From Patescibacteria group bacterium (lineage in GTDB: Bacteria; Patescibacteriota; Patescibacteriia; 2-12-FULL-60-25), in NCBI GenBank assembly GCA_018061755.1, contig JAGOTP010000002.1, positions 35,309 through 99,308 of the forward strand: a DNA stretch of 64,000 bases, in the 5' to 3' direction. Made by a program: the position numbers and the translations under genes. Within the stretch, counting starts at the first letter, position 1, and every line of letters begins with the position of its first letter. Positions 17,114 to 26,426 of the stretch are shown piece by piece. The notes beneath the pieces are model-generated. The model was given only the letters and a program-made list of their open reading frames with translations. It had not been told where the DNA came from and searched no databases.

Positions 17114-18121
17114 CTACAAACTTTTCCCAATTTCAACCGCCATCTGGACCAAACGATTAGCATATCCCCATTCGTTATCATACCAGGCCACGACTTTCAC
17201 GAAATCGCCTTGAATGACTCTGGTCAGACCCAGGTCAACGATCGCTGAAGCTGGGTTGCCGATAAAATCAGAGGAGACCAATGGCTCATCCGTCGTTTCC
17301 AAAATCCCCTTCCAACGCGCCTGTTTTGCCGCTTTCACAAAGACTGCATTCAACTCTTCGACCGTCGTTTTCTTTTTGAGCAAGACGGTCATATCCGATA
17401 ACGACACGACTGGCGTTGGAACACGAACCGATAATCCATCGAATAAGCCTTCCAATTCAGGAATAACTTGCGTCGTCGCAATCGCCGCTCCCGTAGAGGT
17501 CGGCACGATGTTCTGCGCTGCTGCCCGCGCTTCACGCAAATCTTTAGCTGGAGCGTCCTGAAGTACCTGTGAAGCCGTATACGAATGAATGGTCGTCATC
17601 ATGGCTCGCTTGATGCCAAACGCTTCTTCCAAGACCGCCATGACGGGCGTGATGCAGTTCGTGGTACAGCTGGCGTTATTGATAATCACCGATTTCGAAG
17701 CCGTCTTTTGATTGATTCCCATAACATGCGTTGGCACACCTTCGCCCTTAGCCGGAGCAGAAATAATCACATGCTTAGCACCAGCTGCAATGTGTCCAGA
17801 AGCCCCATCATAATTCGTAAAACGACCGGTACATTCGAGCACAACGTCAACATCCAAGACGTTCCAGGGCAAGTTTTTAGGCTCTTTTTCTGCCGTTACA
17901 ACGATCGTCTTTCCATCGACAATCAGTTTTCCCTCTTTGGCCTCGACCGTACCCTCAAACGGACCATAAACCGTATCGTGCTTCAAAAGATGGGCCAATG
18001 TCTTCGTATCCGTAAGATCATTGATAGCTACAATGGAGATATTGGAATATGCTCGCGCCGCTTTGAGCGCATGACGACCAATCCGACCGAATCCATTAAT
18101 GGCGAGACGTAGAGTTTTCAT
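17114..18121 (-). CDS. gap: Glyceraldehyde-3-phosphate dehydrogenase (type I)
   Basis: INGFGRIGR, the NASCTTNC active site and WYDNEWGYANR. Confidence 0.96.
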   Translation of the reverse strand: MKTLRLAINGFGRIGRHALKAARAYSNISIVAINDLTDTKTLAHLLKHDTVYGPFEGTVEAKEGKLIVDGKTIVVTAEKEPKNLPWNVLDVDVVLECTGRFTNYDGASGHIAAGAKHVIISAPAKGEGVPTHVMGINQKTASKSVIINNASCTTNCITPVMAVLEEAFGIKRAMMTTIHSYTASQVLQDAPAKDLREARAAAQNIVPTSTGAAIATTQVIPELEGLFDGLSVRVPTPVVSLSDMTVLLKKKTTVEELNAVFVKAAKQARWKGILETTDEPLVSSDFIGNPASAIVDLGLTRVIQGDFVKVVAWYDNEWGYANRLVQMAVEIGKSL

Positions 18122-18138
18122 AAGTAAAGATAAGGTTG

Positions 18139-19332
18139 CTAGAAGGAGATTGGCACAAGAAGCACGCTTCTTTTCTGAGCTTCAATCGAAGAGAGAACTG
18201 GATTAATCGTCATAACCTCCAAAGACCGAGGACCCGTCCATTGCACGACCGGTGGAGTGGTCGCAGGATCTTGATCTGAAAAAGGCGCGCCTACCCAGCG
18301 CCCGGAAGGAATCTCTCCCGTGCGCAATGGGATCATTTTTCCCGTAACCAAATCGTAGATGACTATCGCTTGCGTCTGAACTGCTGCTTCTACAGGCATG
18401 CGTATACTCATATCTACACCAAAAAGATATCGGCTATCTGGCGAGCGTGTTTTATATGATAGCTTCCCTAAGGCAGCATTAGAGAGCACGAGCCTACCAG
18501 ATGATTTTTGCACGATAGCGACCGGATCATCCCCTAATCCACCTTCTGGAAAACCAAGTAACCACTGAGAAATCAGGAAGTTTTCACTCTTAGGAATCGC
18601 CATTGCCGTTAAAGAATAAGGCATACAGCCACCTTCACTTACCACTTGTTTTCCACCGAAGATCGTCCCGACAACGCTGTCTATCACGACATTTTTTCCC
18701 GTTGTCGTTTTCCAATCCAATCGATAATCATGGCAGCTCGCCGAAACATCCGTGCCGGTCATAATCGTTAGATGCGTCGCCTTGATCTCATCACCAATTT
18801 CATGCTCAATGACTGTACCGCACAGATCTAGTGAATCAGCCATAACATGAGCCTGTTCATTCCCGGTCACTGTATAAATGAGCCCTTTATTCACATCCTG
18901 ATCACCATAGGCCCCATTCATTGGACCTTCTCGTAGCCACAAGCGTACACGACATTCCGGCATCACAGGTTGAGCGGATCGAACGACTTCGACAGCAAAA
19001 ACCGTGCGCTCCACCTGATCGATATCTCCCAAACGCCAGCGATGAGTCGTTGTCGCCCCATCCGGCAAACGCACACCCAAACGCCAACGGTTTGAAAAAT
19101 AGATCAATGGATTACGAGAAAAGTCCTCTTCTTTCTCCAAATAAGCACCAGAAGTCGTCGTTGAAGCGGCTATTGCCAGCTCAGATGATGACGTCGTTGC
19201 CATATCTATTACCCCAGAAGGCATTGCTACCACTCGAACATCCGAAGCCCTGTTCGCCTTCCAAAGAGCTAGATACATGACCACAAATAGCACCACGATC
19301 AGGGCACCTAAAGCCAAATATGAACGCTTCAT
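18139..19332 (-). CDS. Hypothetical membrane-anchored/exported protein
   Basis: The ORF is trimmed to the first ATG at 19332 (MKRSYLALGALIVVLFVVMYLALW...); the track start at 19350 is TTG. No domain recognised. Confidence 0.6.
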   Translation of the reverse strand: MKRSYLALGALIVVLFVVMYLALWKANRASDVRVVAMPSGVIDMATTSSSELAIAASTTTSGAYLEKEEDFSRNPLIYFSNRWRLGVRLPDGATTTHRWRLGDIDQVERTVFAVEVVRSAQPVMPECRVRLWLREGPMNGAYGDQDVNKGLIYTVTGNEQAHVMADSLDLCGTVIEHEIGDEIKATHLTIMTGTDVSASCHDYRLDWKTTTGKNVVIDSVVGTIFGGKQVVSEGGCMPYSLTAMAIPKSENFLISQWLLGFPEGGLGDDPVAIVQKSSGRLVLSNAALGKLSYKTRSPDSRYLFGVDMSIRMPVEAAVQTQAIVIYDLVTGKMIPLRTGEIPSGRWVGAPFSDQDPATTPPVVQWTGPRSLEVMTINPVLSSIEAQKRSVLLVPISF

Positions 19333-19355
19333 GCACACAGTATAGCCCAAATAGC

Positions 19356-19390
19356 AAAAAGATTCCGGTATAACCGGAATCTTTTTCTTC
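19356..19390 (-). terminator. Rho-independent terminator of tsf
   Basis: AAAAAGATTCCGG-TATAA-CCGGAATCTTTTT, a perfect hairpin with U-tracts on either strand. Confidence 0.6.
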
Positions 19391-19401
19391 TCTTGCTTGG
19401 T

Positions 19402-20016
19402 TTAGCAAGTTTGTCCCGTCGGAGCCGCCATCTGCAAGCGTGTGAAGCGCACAGGGGCGATTTTTTCTCCGATTTTGGAGATCTTCTCGTTCAAAATCTG
19501 CTCGATGGTGCGGTCTTCATCCTTGATGAACGACTGCTTGGTCAAACAGACGTCCGAGTACCATTTGTTGAGTTTGCCTTCGACAATCTTCTGTTTGATA
19601 TCTTCTGGCTTCTTGTCTTCTGCCAGTTCCGTCAAGAATTCCTGACGCTTCTTTTCGACTTCTTCGGCTGGAATCATGTCTGGACTGACGTAGGTTGGAT
19701 CCATGGCCGCTACTTGAAGCGCCAAGTCCGTCGCCAACTCCTTGAATTCATCTGTGCGAGCCACGAAGTCCGTTTCACACGAAAGTTCGAGCAACGCAGC
19801 CAACTTTCCGTTGTGATGAACATAGGACACGATCAACCCTTCGGTCGCCTGACGTTCAGCGCTCTTCTTCGCCGCCTTGATAGCACCCTTCTTTTTCAAG
19901 ACCTCAATCGCCTTCTCTGCATCACCACCGGCTTCTTCCAAAGCATTTTTGCAATCAACCATTCCGGCTCCGGTGCGGTTGCGCAATTCCATCACCATCT
20001 TGGCATCAACAGCCAT
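19402..20016 (-). CDS. tsf: Elongation factor Ts (short form)
   Basis: VMELRNRTGAGMVDCKNALEEAGGD (UBA-like N-terminus) and LLELSCETDFVART. It lies immediately downstream of rpsB, as in most bacteria. Confidence 0.93.
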   Translation of the reverse strand: MAVDAKMVMELRNRTGAGMVDCKNALEEAGGDAEKAIEVLKKKGAIKAAKKSAERQATEGLIVSYVHHNGKLAALLELSCETDFVARTDEFKELATDLALQVAAMDPTYVSPDMIPAEEVEKKRQEFLTELAEDKKPEDIKQKIVEGKLNKWYSDVCLTKQSFIKDEDRTIEQILNEKISKIGEKIAPVRFTRLQMAAPTGQTC

Positions 20017-20074
20017 ATAATATTGTATTACTGAGAGTTAAAGTACGAACCAGGTCGTGACCGAAGTCAGACGA

Positions 20075-20815
20075 CTATTTCGCCATTGGTTTGACGAGCG
20101 CACCACCGAGACGGGCGCGAGCACTCTCCCATTCCTGACGACCTTCGTTGATGGCAGCAGCCATGAGATCAGCCATGAGCTTGATCGCTTTGGCAGCGTC
20201 ATCATTACAAGGAATCGCGTAATCAACATCCGTTGGGTTCACATTGCTGTCGCAGAGAGCGATGACCTTTACACCACGACGCACCGCTTCATCCAAAGCC
20301 GTCTTATCCTTGCGAATGTCGAAGATGAAAATCGCGTCTGGGATGCGGGTCACGTCTTGCACGCCACCGAATTTGGTTTCGAGCAATTTGATTTCCTGGT
20401 TCAACTTGAGCTGTTCAAACTTGGTGTACTTGGACAATTCCCCCTTCTCCTGGCGACGCTTCAAATCCTTGTACTTGCGGATCTGCTGCGAGACGCTCGT
20501 GAAGTTGGTCAACGTACCACCCAACCAACGGTTGGTGACGTACGGCATGTTACAAGCTTTAGCCGCTGCTTCGATGGAAGCGATGGCTTGCTTTTTGGTT
20601 CCGACAAAGAGGATCGTTCCGCCGCGCAAAGCCGTTTTCTTGGCGTAGGATAAAACACTCTCAAGAGCGGTACGAGTCTGCTCAAGATCGATAATGTGAA
20701 TTCCATTCTTAGCACCGAACAAGTGTTTCTTCATTTTAGGGTGCCACTTGGAGGACTGGTGTCCAAAGTGAGCGCCGGCTTGAAGAAGATCAACAACGGA
20801 TGGGACAGTAGGCAT
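20075..20815 (-). CDS. rpsB: 30S ribosomal protein S2
   Basis: The ORF is trimmed to ATG 20815, preceded by AAAGGAG. LLQAGAHFGHQSSKWHPKM...ILFVGTKKQA...RWLGGTLTNF. Confidence 0.95.
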   Translation of the reverse strand: MPTVPSVVDLLQAGAHFGHQSSKWHPKMKKHLFGAKNGIHIIDLEQTRTALESVLSYAKKTALRGGTILFVGTKKQAIASIEAAAKACNMPYVTNRWLGGTLTNFTSVSQQIRKYKDLKRRQEKGELSKYTKFEQLKLNQEIKLLETKFGGVQDVTRIPDAIFIFDIRKDKTALDEAVRRGVKVIALCDSNVNPTDVDYAIPCNDDAAKAIKLMADLMAAAINEGRQEWESARARLGGALVKPMAK

Positions 20816-21098
20816 AAAATCTCCTTTACTCTCGACGTTTCCCACCAGCCACGCTCGGCTAAAAGGCCAAACAAGGAGGGTCGGTGGTTGTAAGCGAAAC
20901 GCGAGAAGCTGAATTAAGTGGCGCAAGTGTATCGAAAGATGGTTTTTTTGGCAAGAACTCGCCTAAAAACACGAAGGCCCGGCTTGGTGCATTGAGAAGG
21001 GGCTGGAATCGTTTCCAGCACCCACGCGACAGGACGTCGCGCATGCACCAACCGGGCAGAGACTTCGGGAAAGGACGAGGGGGGATCAGTTCACTGGA

Positions 21099-22421
21099 TC
21101 ACATCGCGGAGCAGACGAGGGCACCGCTGTCGCTCGCGGCACCACGAAAACCCCTGCCAGCGCCACCGTACATCTCCTCGTAACGGAGCAGTCCGGTGTT
21201 CATGGGGGCCGTACCGGCGTTGCAGAGCACCGTGATGCAGGAGAAGCTCGTCCCCGCACCGCATGAGAAGCCGCTGGGCAAGCGGCAGTCGGCCCCGCTG
21301 CAGACACTGTTGCCATCGGCTCCGAGGGGGATGCCCTCGAATCCGTAACCGCCACGCCAGTCAGTCGTGCTTGTGAAGAGGCGCGTGGGCACCTCTACGT
21401 CGGGGATCTGCAGGCGACGCAGGTCGATCCGGCAGGAACGCCGCCCAGAGGTGATCGGGGGGAGGCACGGGTTGTCGACGAAGGCACCGCGGTAGTTCGG
21501 AAAGCGACCGCTCACGATCCGCAGCCTGATCCCGACGATCTCGCCCCGCATATACACCAGCTCGAAGACCGGGTTCACCTCGGGCTCGCACACACCGCTC
21601 CCATTGCAGATGCCGGACCGGCAGAGGAGGCCGCAACGACCGCAGTGGGCGGCCGCCGTGTTGAGGTTCGCTTCGCAGCCGTTCGCCACATTGCCGTCGC
21701 AGTCACCGAAGCCGGGACGGCAGGCGTTGGCGCAGGCACCCGCACCGCAGGTCGGCGCGGCGTTGGGATTGGTCGTGCAGACCGTACCGCAGCGCCCGCA
21801 GTTGAGGCTATCGCCCTGGAGGTCGACGCAGCTCGTGCCGCAGCGGGTGAGACCCGTGGGGCAGGGCATGTCGACCGGGACGTCCGCACTCGCGTCGGCG
21901 TCGGGGGCCGTGGGGACGTCCGCGTCCGGGGTGGTTGCGGCGTCGCCGTCGGTCGGGACGTCGGGCGTGGGCACATCCGGGCGGTCGGCCAGGACGGACT
22001 CGTCCTCGGCGTCGCTACCGTCGGATCGGTCACCGCTCGCATCGGCGTCGGGCGCCGGGGTGACGTCCGCGTCCGGAGAGGTCGCGGCGTCGCCGTCGGT
22101 CGGGACGTCGGGCGTGGGGGCGTCGGGGCGGTCGGCCGTGGCGTCGTCGCCGTCGAGGGCCGCGTCGTCCGCGTCCCCGTCGAGCGGGAGGACGACGTCG
22201 CCGTCCTCGATCATGGTCACGTCCGGGTCGCTGTCGACCGGGACGTCCGCGCCGTCTTGCGGCGCGAGGTTGTCAGACGGGACATCGGTTCCCGTCTCGA
22301 ACGCCCCGTCAGGGGCAGAAGCACCAGGCGTGATCGCCTCGGTGTTGGTCGGATCCGGCTCGGCGCACCCAATCAGGGCGCCGAGCACGAACGAACCCAA
22401 CGTCAACCATACATTCTTCAT
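21099..22421 (-). CDS. Hypothetical lipoprotein (GC-rich island 5): acidic Asp/Pro/Thr repeats plus a cysteine-rich module
   Basis: N-terminus MKNVWLTLGSFVLGALIGC (lipobox-like) and GAGGAAGG upstream. Contains a 49-aa repeat present twice, then CGTSCVDLQGDSLNCGRCGTVC...CRPGFGDCDGNVANGCEANL...CGRCGLLC. A 60-nt spot count at 21901-21960 gives 48/60 G+C. Confidence 0.75.
   Translation of the reverse strand: MKNVWLTLGSFVLGALIGCAEPDPTNTEAITPGASAPDGAFETGTDVPSDNLAPQDGADVPVDSDPDVTMIEDGDVVLPLDGDADDAALDGDDATADRPDAPTPDVPTDGDAATSPDADVTPAPDADASGDRSDGSDAEDESVLADRPDVPTPDVPTDGDAATTPDADVPTAPDADASADVPVDMPCPTGLTRCGTSCVDLQGDSLNCGRCGTVCTTNPNAAPTCGAGACANACRPGFGDCDGNVANGCEANLNTAAAHCGRCGLLCRSGICNGSGVCEPEVNPVFELVYMRGEIVGIRLRIVSGRFPNYRGAFVDNPCLPPITSGRRSCRIDLRRLQIPDVEVPTRLFTSTTDWRGGYGFEGIPLGADGNSVCSGADCRLPSGFSCGAGTSFSCITVLCNAGTAPMNTGLLRYEEMYGGAGRGFRGAASDSGALVCSAM
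21893..22137 (-). repeat. In-frame direct repeat (about 97 nt, two copies, period about 147 nt) inside the island-5 ORF
   Basis: Copy 1 is about 21893-21990 and copy 2 about 22041-22137. They are near-identical (...GTCGCCGTCGGTCGGGACGTCGGGCGTGGG...) and encode ADRPD(A/V)PTPDVPTDGDAAT(S/T)PDADV. Confidence 0.7.
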
Positions 22422-22565
22422 CAGCGTGAACCTTCCTCAGCTCCATCGTAACGAAGCTGAACTGTGGAAAACGGAATGGACACCGACACCAGTCGGAACC
22501 CATGGACTACGAAGAACAGTCAGGTTTTCATCCCAACCGTTCATTGAACTCAGTGAACGAATTGT

Positions 22566-22594
22566 GAAACGTCATCTTGGAAACGTCATCTTGG
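22566..22594 (-). repeat. Perfect 14-nt tandem duplication in the 5' leader of the island-5 ORF
   Basis: AAACGTCATCTTGG occurs at 22567-22580 and again at 22581-22594, with the preceding G at 22566. This is about 150 nt upstream of the ATG at 22421. Confidence 0.8.
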
Positions 22595-22632
22595 ACAAGG
22601 TTTTTTACAACCAGGCACGAAGATAACACGCT

Positions 22633-22662
22633 ATTATAGCCAAAAAAGAGCGATTTTGTCAA
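22633..22662 (-). promoter_or_regulatory. Consensus sigma70 promoter (TTGACA-18-TATAAT) for the island-5 ORF
   Basis: The reverse strand reads GATTGACAAAATCGCTCTTTTTTGGCTATAAT. The -35 element sits in the loop and 3' arm of the prfA terminator hairpin. Confidence 0.55.
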
Positions 22663-22668
22663 TCGCTC
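22642..22668 (-). terminator. Rho-independent terminator of prfA
   Basis: GAGCGATT (22648-22655) pairs with AATCGCTC (22661-22668). On the minus strand it is followed by TTTTTT. Confidence 0.6.
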
Positions 22669-22723
22669 GTGCATTTTTGGTTTGGATATCAACTTTTCGC
22701 GTTAAACCAGCCTTGTTTAAACC

Positions 22724-23797
22724 CTATTCTTCCCCTTCTTCATCCGTCCCCCGCTTACCAGCTTTCAAAGCCTTGAAGATCTCCATGACATCTCCGTCCA
22801 AAATAATGGGAATGTTATGCCAGGTTTTCTTGATGCGATGATCCGTAATCCGATCCTGCGGGTAGTTATAGGTTCGAATCTTTTCCGAGCGATCGCCGCT
22901 ACCGATCTGTGAACGGCGCTCCGCTTCCAACGCCATCCGCTTCTTTTCTTGTTCTTTTTCCCAAATGCGAGCGCGCAAAATCGTAAACGCACGTTCGCGG
23001 TTCTGCGTTTGCGAACGTTCATCCTGACAGTTCACGACGATGCCCGTAGGATTGTGCGTCAAACGAACAGCTGAATAAGTCGTGTTTACAGACTGCCCAC
23101 CTTTACCACCCGCACAGAAGGTATCAATACGTACATCCTGTAGATCGATCTGGACTTCCGCTTCTTCGATCTCAGGCAAGACGGCCACTGTGATTGTTGA
23201 GGTGTGAATACGACCTTGTTTTTCCGTCGCTGGAACACGCTGCACACGATGCACGCCCGATTCAAATTTCATCCAACCATAAACGCTCACGCCTGACATG
23301 CCAAAGACGACTTCTTTGTAGCCACCTTGTTCGTTGCGAGATTCAGACAATAAGGACACCTTCCAACCCTGACGTTCCGCAAAACGCGTGTACATGCGCA
23401 AAACATCAAAGGCGAACAGACCGGCTTCATCTCCACCCGCACCTGCTCGAATTTCCACGATCACATCTTTGGCGTCCATCGGATCCGGTGGAATCAGTAA
23501 TAACTCTAAATCTTCTTCAGCTATAGCAAACTTAGGCAACAACTGCTCACGCTCCATCTCCCCCATCTGCTTCATCTCTGCATCATCTGATTTGGCCGCT
23601 TCATCCGCGTCGCGCAAGGCGGCCTCCAAGGAAAGATACACCTGAGCCACCTCAGCCAGCTCTTCGATGTGACGATAGGCGATCGACGCTTCTTTGTAGG
23701 CTTTTTGATCAGCAATCAAAACCGGATCCGCCATGCGGGCCTCGGCTTCGCTTTTGGCGCTCAGCGCCTTCTTGGCTTGTTCAGTAAATTTGGGCAT
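22724..23797 (-). CDS. prfA: Peptide chain release factor 1
   Basis: GGQ motif ([12 protein letters not shown]) and the RF1-specific PxT tripeptide ([14 protein letters not shown]). Confidence 0.95.
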   Translation of the reverse strand: MPKFTEQAKKALSAKSEAEARMADPVLIADQKAYKEASIAYRHIEELAEVAQVYLSLEAALRDADEAAKSDDAEMKQMGEMEREQLLPKFAIAEEDLELLLIPPDPMDAKDVIVEIRAGAGGDEAGLFAFDVLRMYTRFAERQGWKVSLLSESRNEQGGYKEVVFGMSGVSVYGWMKFESGVHRVQRVPATEKQGRIHTSTITVAVLPEIEEAEVQIDLQDVRIDTFCAGGKGGQSVNTTYSAVRLTHNPTGIVVNCQDERSQTQNRERAFTILRARIWEKEQEKKRMALEAERRSQIGSGDRSEKIRTYNYPQDRITDHRIKKTWHNIPIILDGDVMEIFKALKAGKRGTDEEGEE

Positions 23798-23931
23798 ATG
23801 TCAGACGATGAAACAGATGGGCAAAAAGAACAGAATCGATAAATTGGTATTTAAAAACACCGATGGCATCGTTCCTGGATTCAAGCAAAGCTTGAACACA
23901 AGTCGAACCGTCGGTGTTTTATCGATCTTCG

Positions 23932-24225
23932 CTAAGCTTTGACTTCCGACTTGGCAGCCTGCTTGGCATCTTTCAGAGCCGTGCGCTTGGCGGTTTTAGC
24001 CTTTTTGCCGGTTGCTTGAACCGAAGCCTTGCTGGCCTTTTCTTGGAATTTCTCGATACGACGTGAAGTATCGATCAATTTCTGCTTACCCGTGTAGAAC
24101 GGATGGCAAGCGGAACACAATTCAATGTGAATTTCTTGAACGGTTGAACCGGTCTGAAATTGGTTGCCACAAGCGCACACGATGGTGGCGTTTGAGTGGT
24201 AGGTTGGGTGGATGGCGGCCTTCAT
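23932..24225 (-). CDS. rpmE: 50S ribosomal protein L31 with a Lys/Ala-rich C-terminal extension
   Basis: The ORF is trimmed to ATG 24225. MKAAIHPTYH...CACGN...ELCSACHPFYTGKQK. Confidence 0.9.
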   Translation of the reverse strand: MKAAIHPTYHSNATIVCACGNQFQTGSTVQEIHIELCSACHPFYTGKQKLIDTSRRIEKFQEKASKASVQATGKKAKTAKRTALKDAKQAAKSEVKA

Positions 24226-24274
24226 ACTGGGCACAAGACTATCAGAAAGAGGCATCAAAAGCAAGTTTTTGGCT

Positions 24275-25402
24275 TTACCAACGAATCAGGCGATAAACCA
24301 AGCCCCAATAGACCTTTAAAATAGGGTTTCCAATATGCTCAAGGAGCGGATTTTTAACCGATTCTTCTTGAAAAGCGATCTCTGAGATTGCCGGACGCAA
24401 GAACTCCTTATCCGACAGCTTACGCACACGCTGAATCAATCGTCGACGCCCCCAAACCCAGGCGCGAAAATCTTTCGAGAACCAATCACGATAGGCGCGC
24501 CACTTCATATCGAACCAGCCATTCTTTATCGAAAATAATAGGATACCTAGATCCATGAGACAGATCATCGGCATGAGCAGCAATAACGTCGGCCAGCGAT
24601 AATACATCCAGAGCAGCACGTAACGATTGCGCTCCATGTAGTAATAATTGAATTTGTTTTTCCCGAATTCGTAGTGATGCCAGACAATAGAGGCAGGCTC
24701 AATCACCGTTTTAAAACCACGTAAACGCAAGAAAAGCGTGAGATCCGTGTCTTCGTGATACAGATAGAACTTGTTCTCAAAGAGAGGTCGCCCTTCAAGC
24801 GCGGCAATACGCACCAAGACGGCTGCGCCTGCGGCATAACCGATCTCAAGATTGGGATTCGTTTTTCTTTCGTTCGCAAGATGTGCCAATGCCTGATTCT
24901 TCGACCAACGGTAGCCATTGGAATAGCCAAAGCCTAGATAATGAAAAGCATTCCCTATGGTATTCACTTTATCCGGTTCACTCCCCAACAAAATGAGTGA
25001 CTGCACACAAGCGATCGTCGGATCCTGCTCCGCTCGCTCAACCGCTTTCAACAAATAGTCCGGATCAACGTAGGTGTCTTCATTGGTGAGATGCACGTAT
25101 TCACAACCAAGCTCCTTGGCTTTTTCTAAACCTATATTATTATTCTCGGCAAATCCCAACATTTCATCTTTCAAGATGTAAGTAATACGTGGCAATTCTT
25201 TGCCTGATTTTGGCAACCAAGTTTTGTCGAACCAGTCTTTCAACGGACCAATTTTCCACTTCGATTCTACGCAAATCAATTCGACCCGATCTTTGGGATA
25301 GTTCAGGCGTTCAAGCGAAGACAAACAACCGTTGATATCACGTTCCCATTTGGCAACAGGGAATGTCAGATAGATGATCCCAACTTTAGGTAACTGCTTC
25401 AT
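24275..25402 (-). CDS. Glycosyltransferase family 2 with a C-terminal membrane region
   Basis: Begins with a GT-A fold (IIYLTFP...ELICVES...AENNNIG), then a DxD-like NEDTYVD and YHEDTDL. Confidence 0.85.
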   Translation of the reverse strand: MKQLPKVGIIYLTFPVAKWERDINGCLSSLERLNYPKDRVELICVESKWKIGPLKDWFDKTWLPKSGKELPRITYILKDEMLGFAENNNIGLEKAKELGCEYVHLTNEDTYVDPDYLLKAVERAEQDPTIACVQSLILLGSEPDKVNTIGNAFHYLGFGYSNGYRWSKNQALAHLANERKTNPNLEIGYAAGAAVLVRIAALEGRPLFENKFYLYHEDTDLTLFLRLRGFKTVIEPASIVWHHYEFGKNKFNYYYMERNRYVLLWMYYRWPTLLLLMPMICLMDLGILLFSIKNGWFDMKWRAYRDWFSKDFRAWVWGRRRLIQRVRKLSDKEFLRPAISEIAFQEESVKNPLLEHIGNPILKVYWGLVYRLIRW

Positions 25403-25405
25403 AAA

Positions 25406-26422
25406 TCAGATAAAACGAGTGTGCGTCAAACCCATGCTTTCTAAGATCCTGCGACGCTTCCAAGCTTTTGGCCAAGCTCGTAGGGAGGCTACCATTCCTC
25501 TCACGAAAACCAACGGTGATGAAATGAATACAAATATTAGATGAGCCGTTTCATGCAGCATGGAACGCAGGAGGTCATAGACACCCAAGCGAAACGAAAG
25601 ATGGTAGGCGTAGATTTTGAACTGATTGCACAACATCGTTTCTCGCAAATGAGCCGGCCGGCGACGTTCATCTTGAATGCGCGCCCAGATGCCTTTCGGC
25701 GCTTTCACTCCACGACGATGAAAACTCACGATCGCTGGATCAAACCAAGCGTGAAAGCCTTTCCGCTTCAAGCGCAACGCCAGATCAACATCCTCCTTGT
25801 ACATGAAGAAGGTCGGATCAAACAGAAGCTTTTCCGGTGAAACGCGGTCGGTTAACGACCGACGAATCATACAGATGGCTCCTGAAACGCCCATTACCTG
25901 ACGAGCAGCTTCAAGCTTCCCCCCTGCTTCTTTACGAGTCTGCCCCGCGCAGGCATCAACCACATTAGCTAAGCAACGGTACTCAAGGGCAATCGTATCA
26001 ATCATGGTCTGGTCGGTGATTTGCCGCTCTTCTTGATCAGCAGACACCGTCCAACGATAGACAATCCCAGCAACGGCTGCCGCTTCTGGATCAAGCGCGA
26101 AACGTTGCAGGCACTTCTCTAAATGATCCGGCGCGAGATAGGCGTCTTCGTTTAATAATAAAATGTATTCAGCGTCATGCTGTTGCATGAGTGTATTGTG
26201 TCCACCCGCGAAACCAAGATTCTCCTTACTCTCTGTAAAGACGTAGGGAATACCGCTCGTCTTCAGAATATCCGCAACCTTCGCCCGTTCATCCGCGTCA
26301 CCAGAATTTTCACAACAATAAAAGATCCAATCTTGGTGGGTTTGTGCCAGCAAGCTCTTCACAAGAACCGGTAAACAAGCGGAGCTGCGGTACAAAGGGG
26401 TTTGAATCGCGATCTTAGACAT
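25406..26422 (-). CDS. Glycosyltransferase family 2
   Basis: IAIQTPLYRSS...CCENSGD...GFAGGHN...LLLNEDAY...MYKEDVDLALR are GT2 hallmarks. Confidence 0.85.
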   Translation of the reverse strand: MSKIAIQTPLYRSSACLPVLVKSLLAQTHQDWIFYCCENSGDADERAKVADILKTSGIPYVFTESKENLGFAGGHNTLMQQHDAEYILLLNEDAYLAPDHLEKCLQRFALDPEAAAVAGIVYRWTVSADQEERQITDQTMIDTIALEYRCLANVVDACAGQTRKEAGGKLEAARQVMGVSGAICMIRRSLTDRVSPEKLLFDPTFFMYKEDVDLALRLKRKGFHAWFDPAIVSFHRRGVKAPKGIWARIQDERRRPAHLRETMLCNQFKIYAYHLSFRLGVYDLLRSMLHETAHLIFVFISSPLVFVRGMVASLRAWPKAWKRRRILESMGLTHTRFI

Positions 26423-26426
26423 AGAG

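Noticed and set aside
22566-22594. Possible CRISPR array or other repeat array.
   Set aside because: There are only two adjacent 14-nt copies with no spacers. No repeat-spacer periodicity and no cas genes appear anywhere in the window.
21604-22626. 340-aa and 268-aa plus-strand ORFs opposite the island-5 lipoprotein gene.
   Set aside because: These are shadow frames of very GC-rich repeat DNA. They extend into the lower-GC leader without any start signals.
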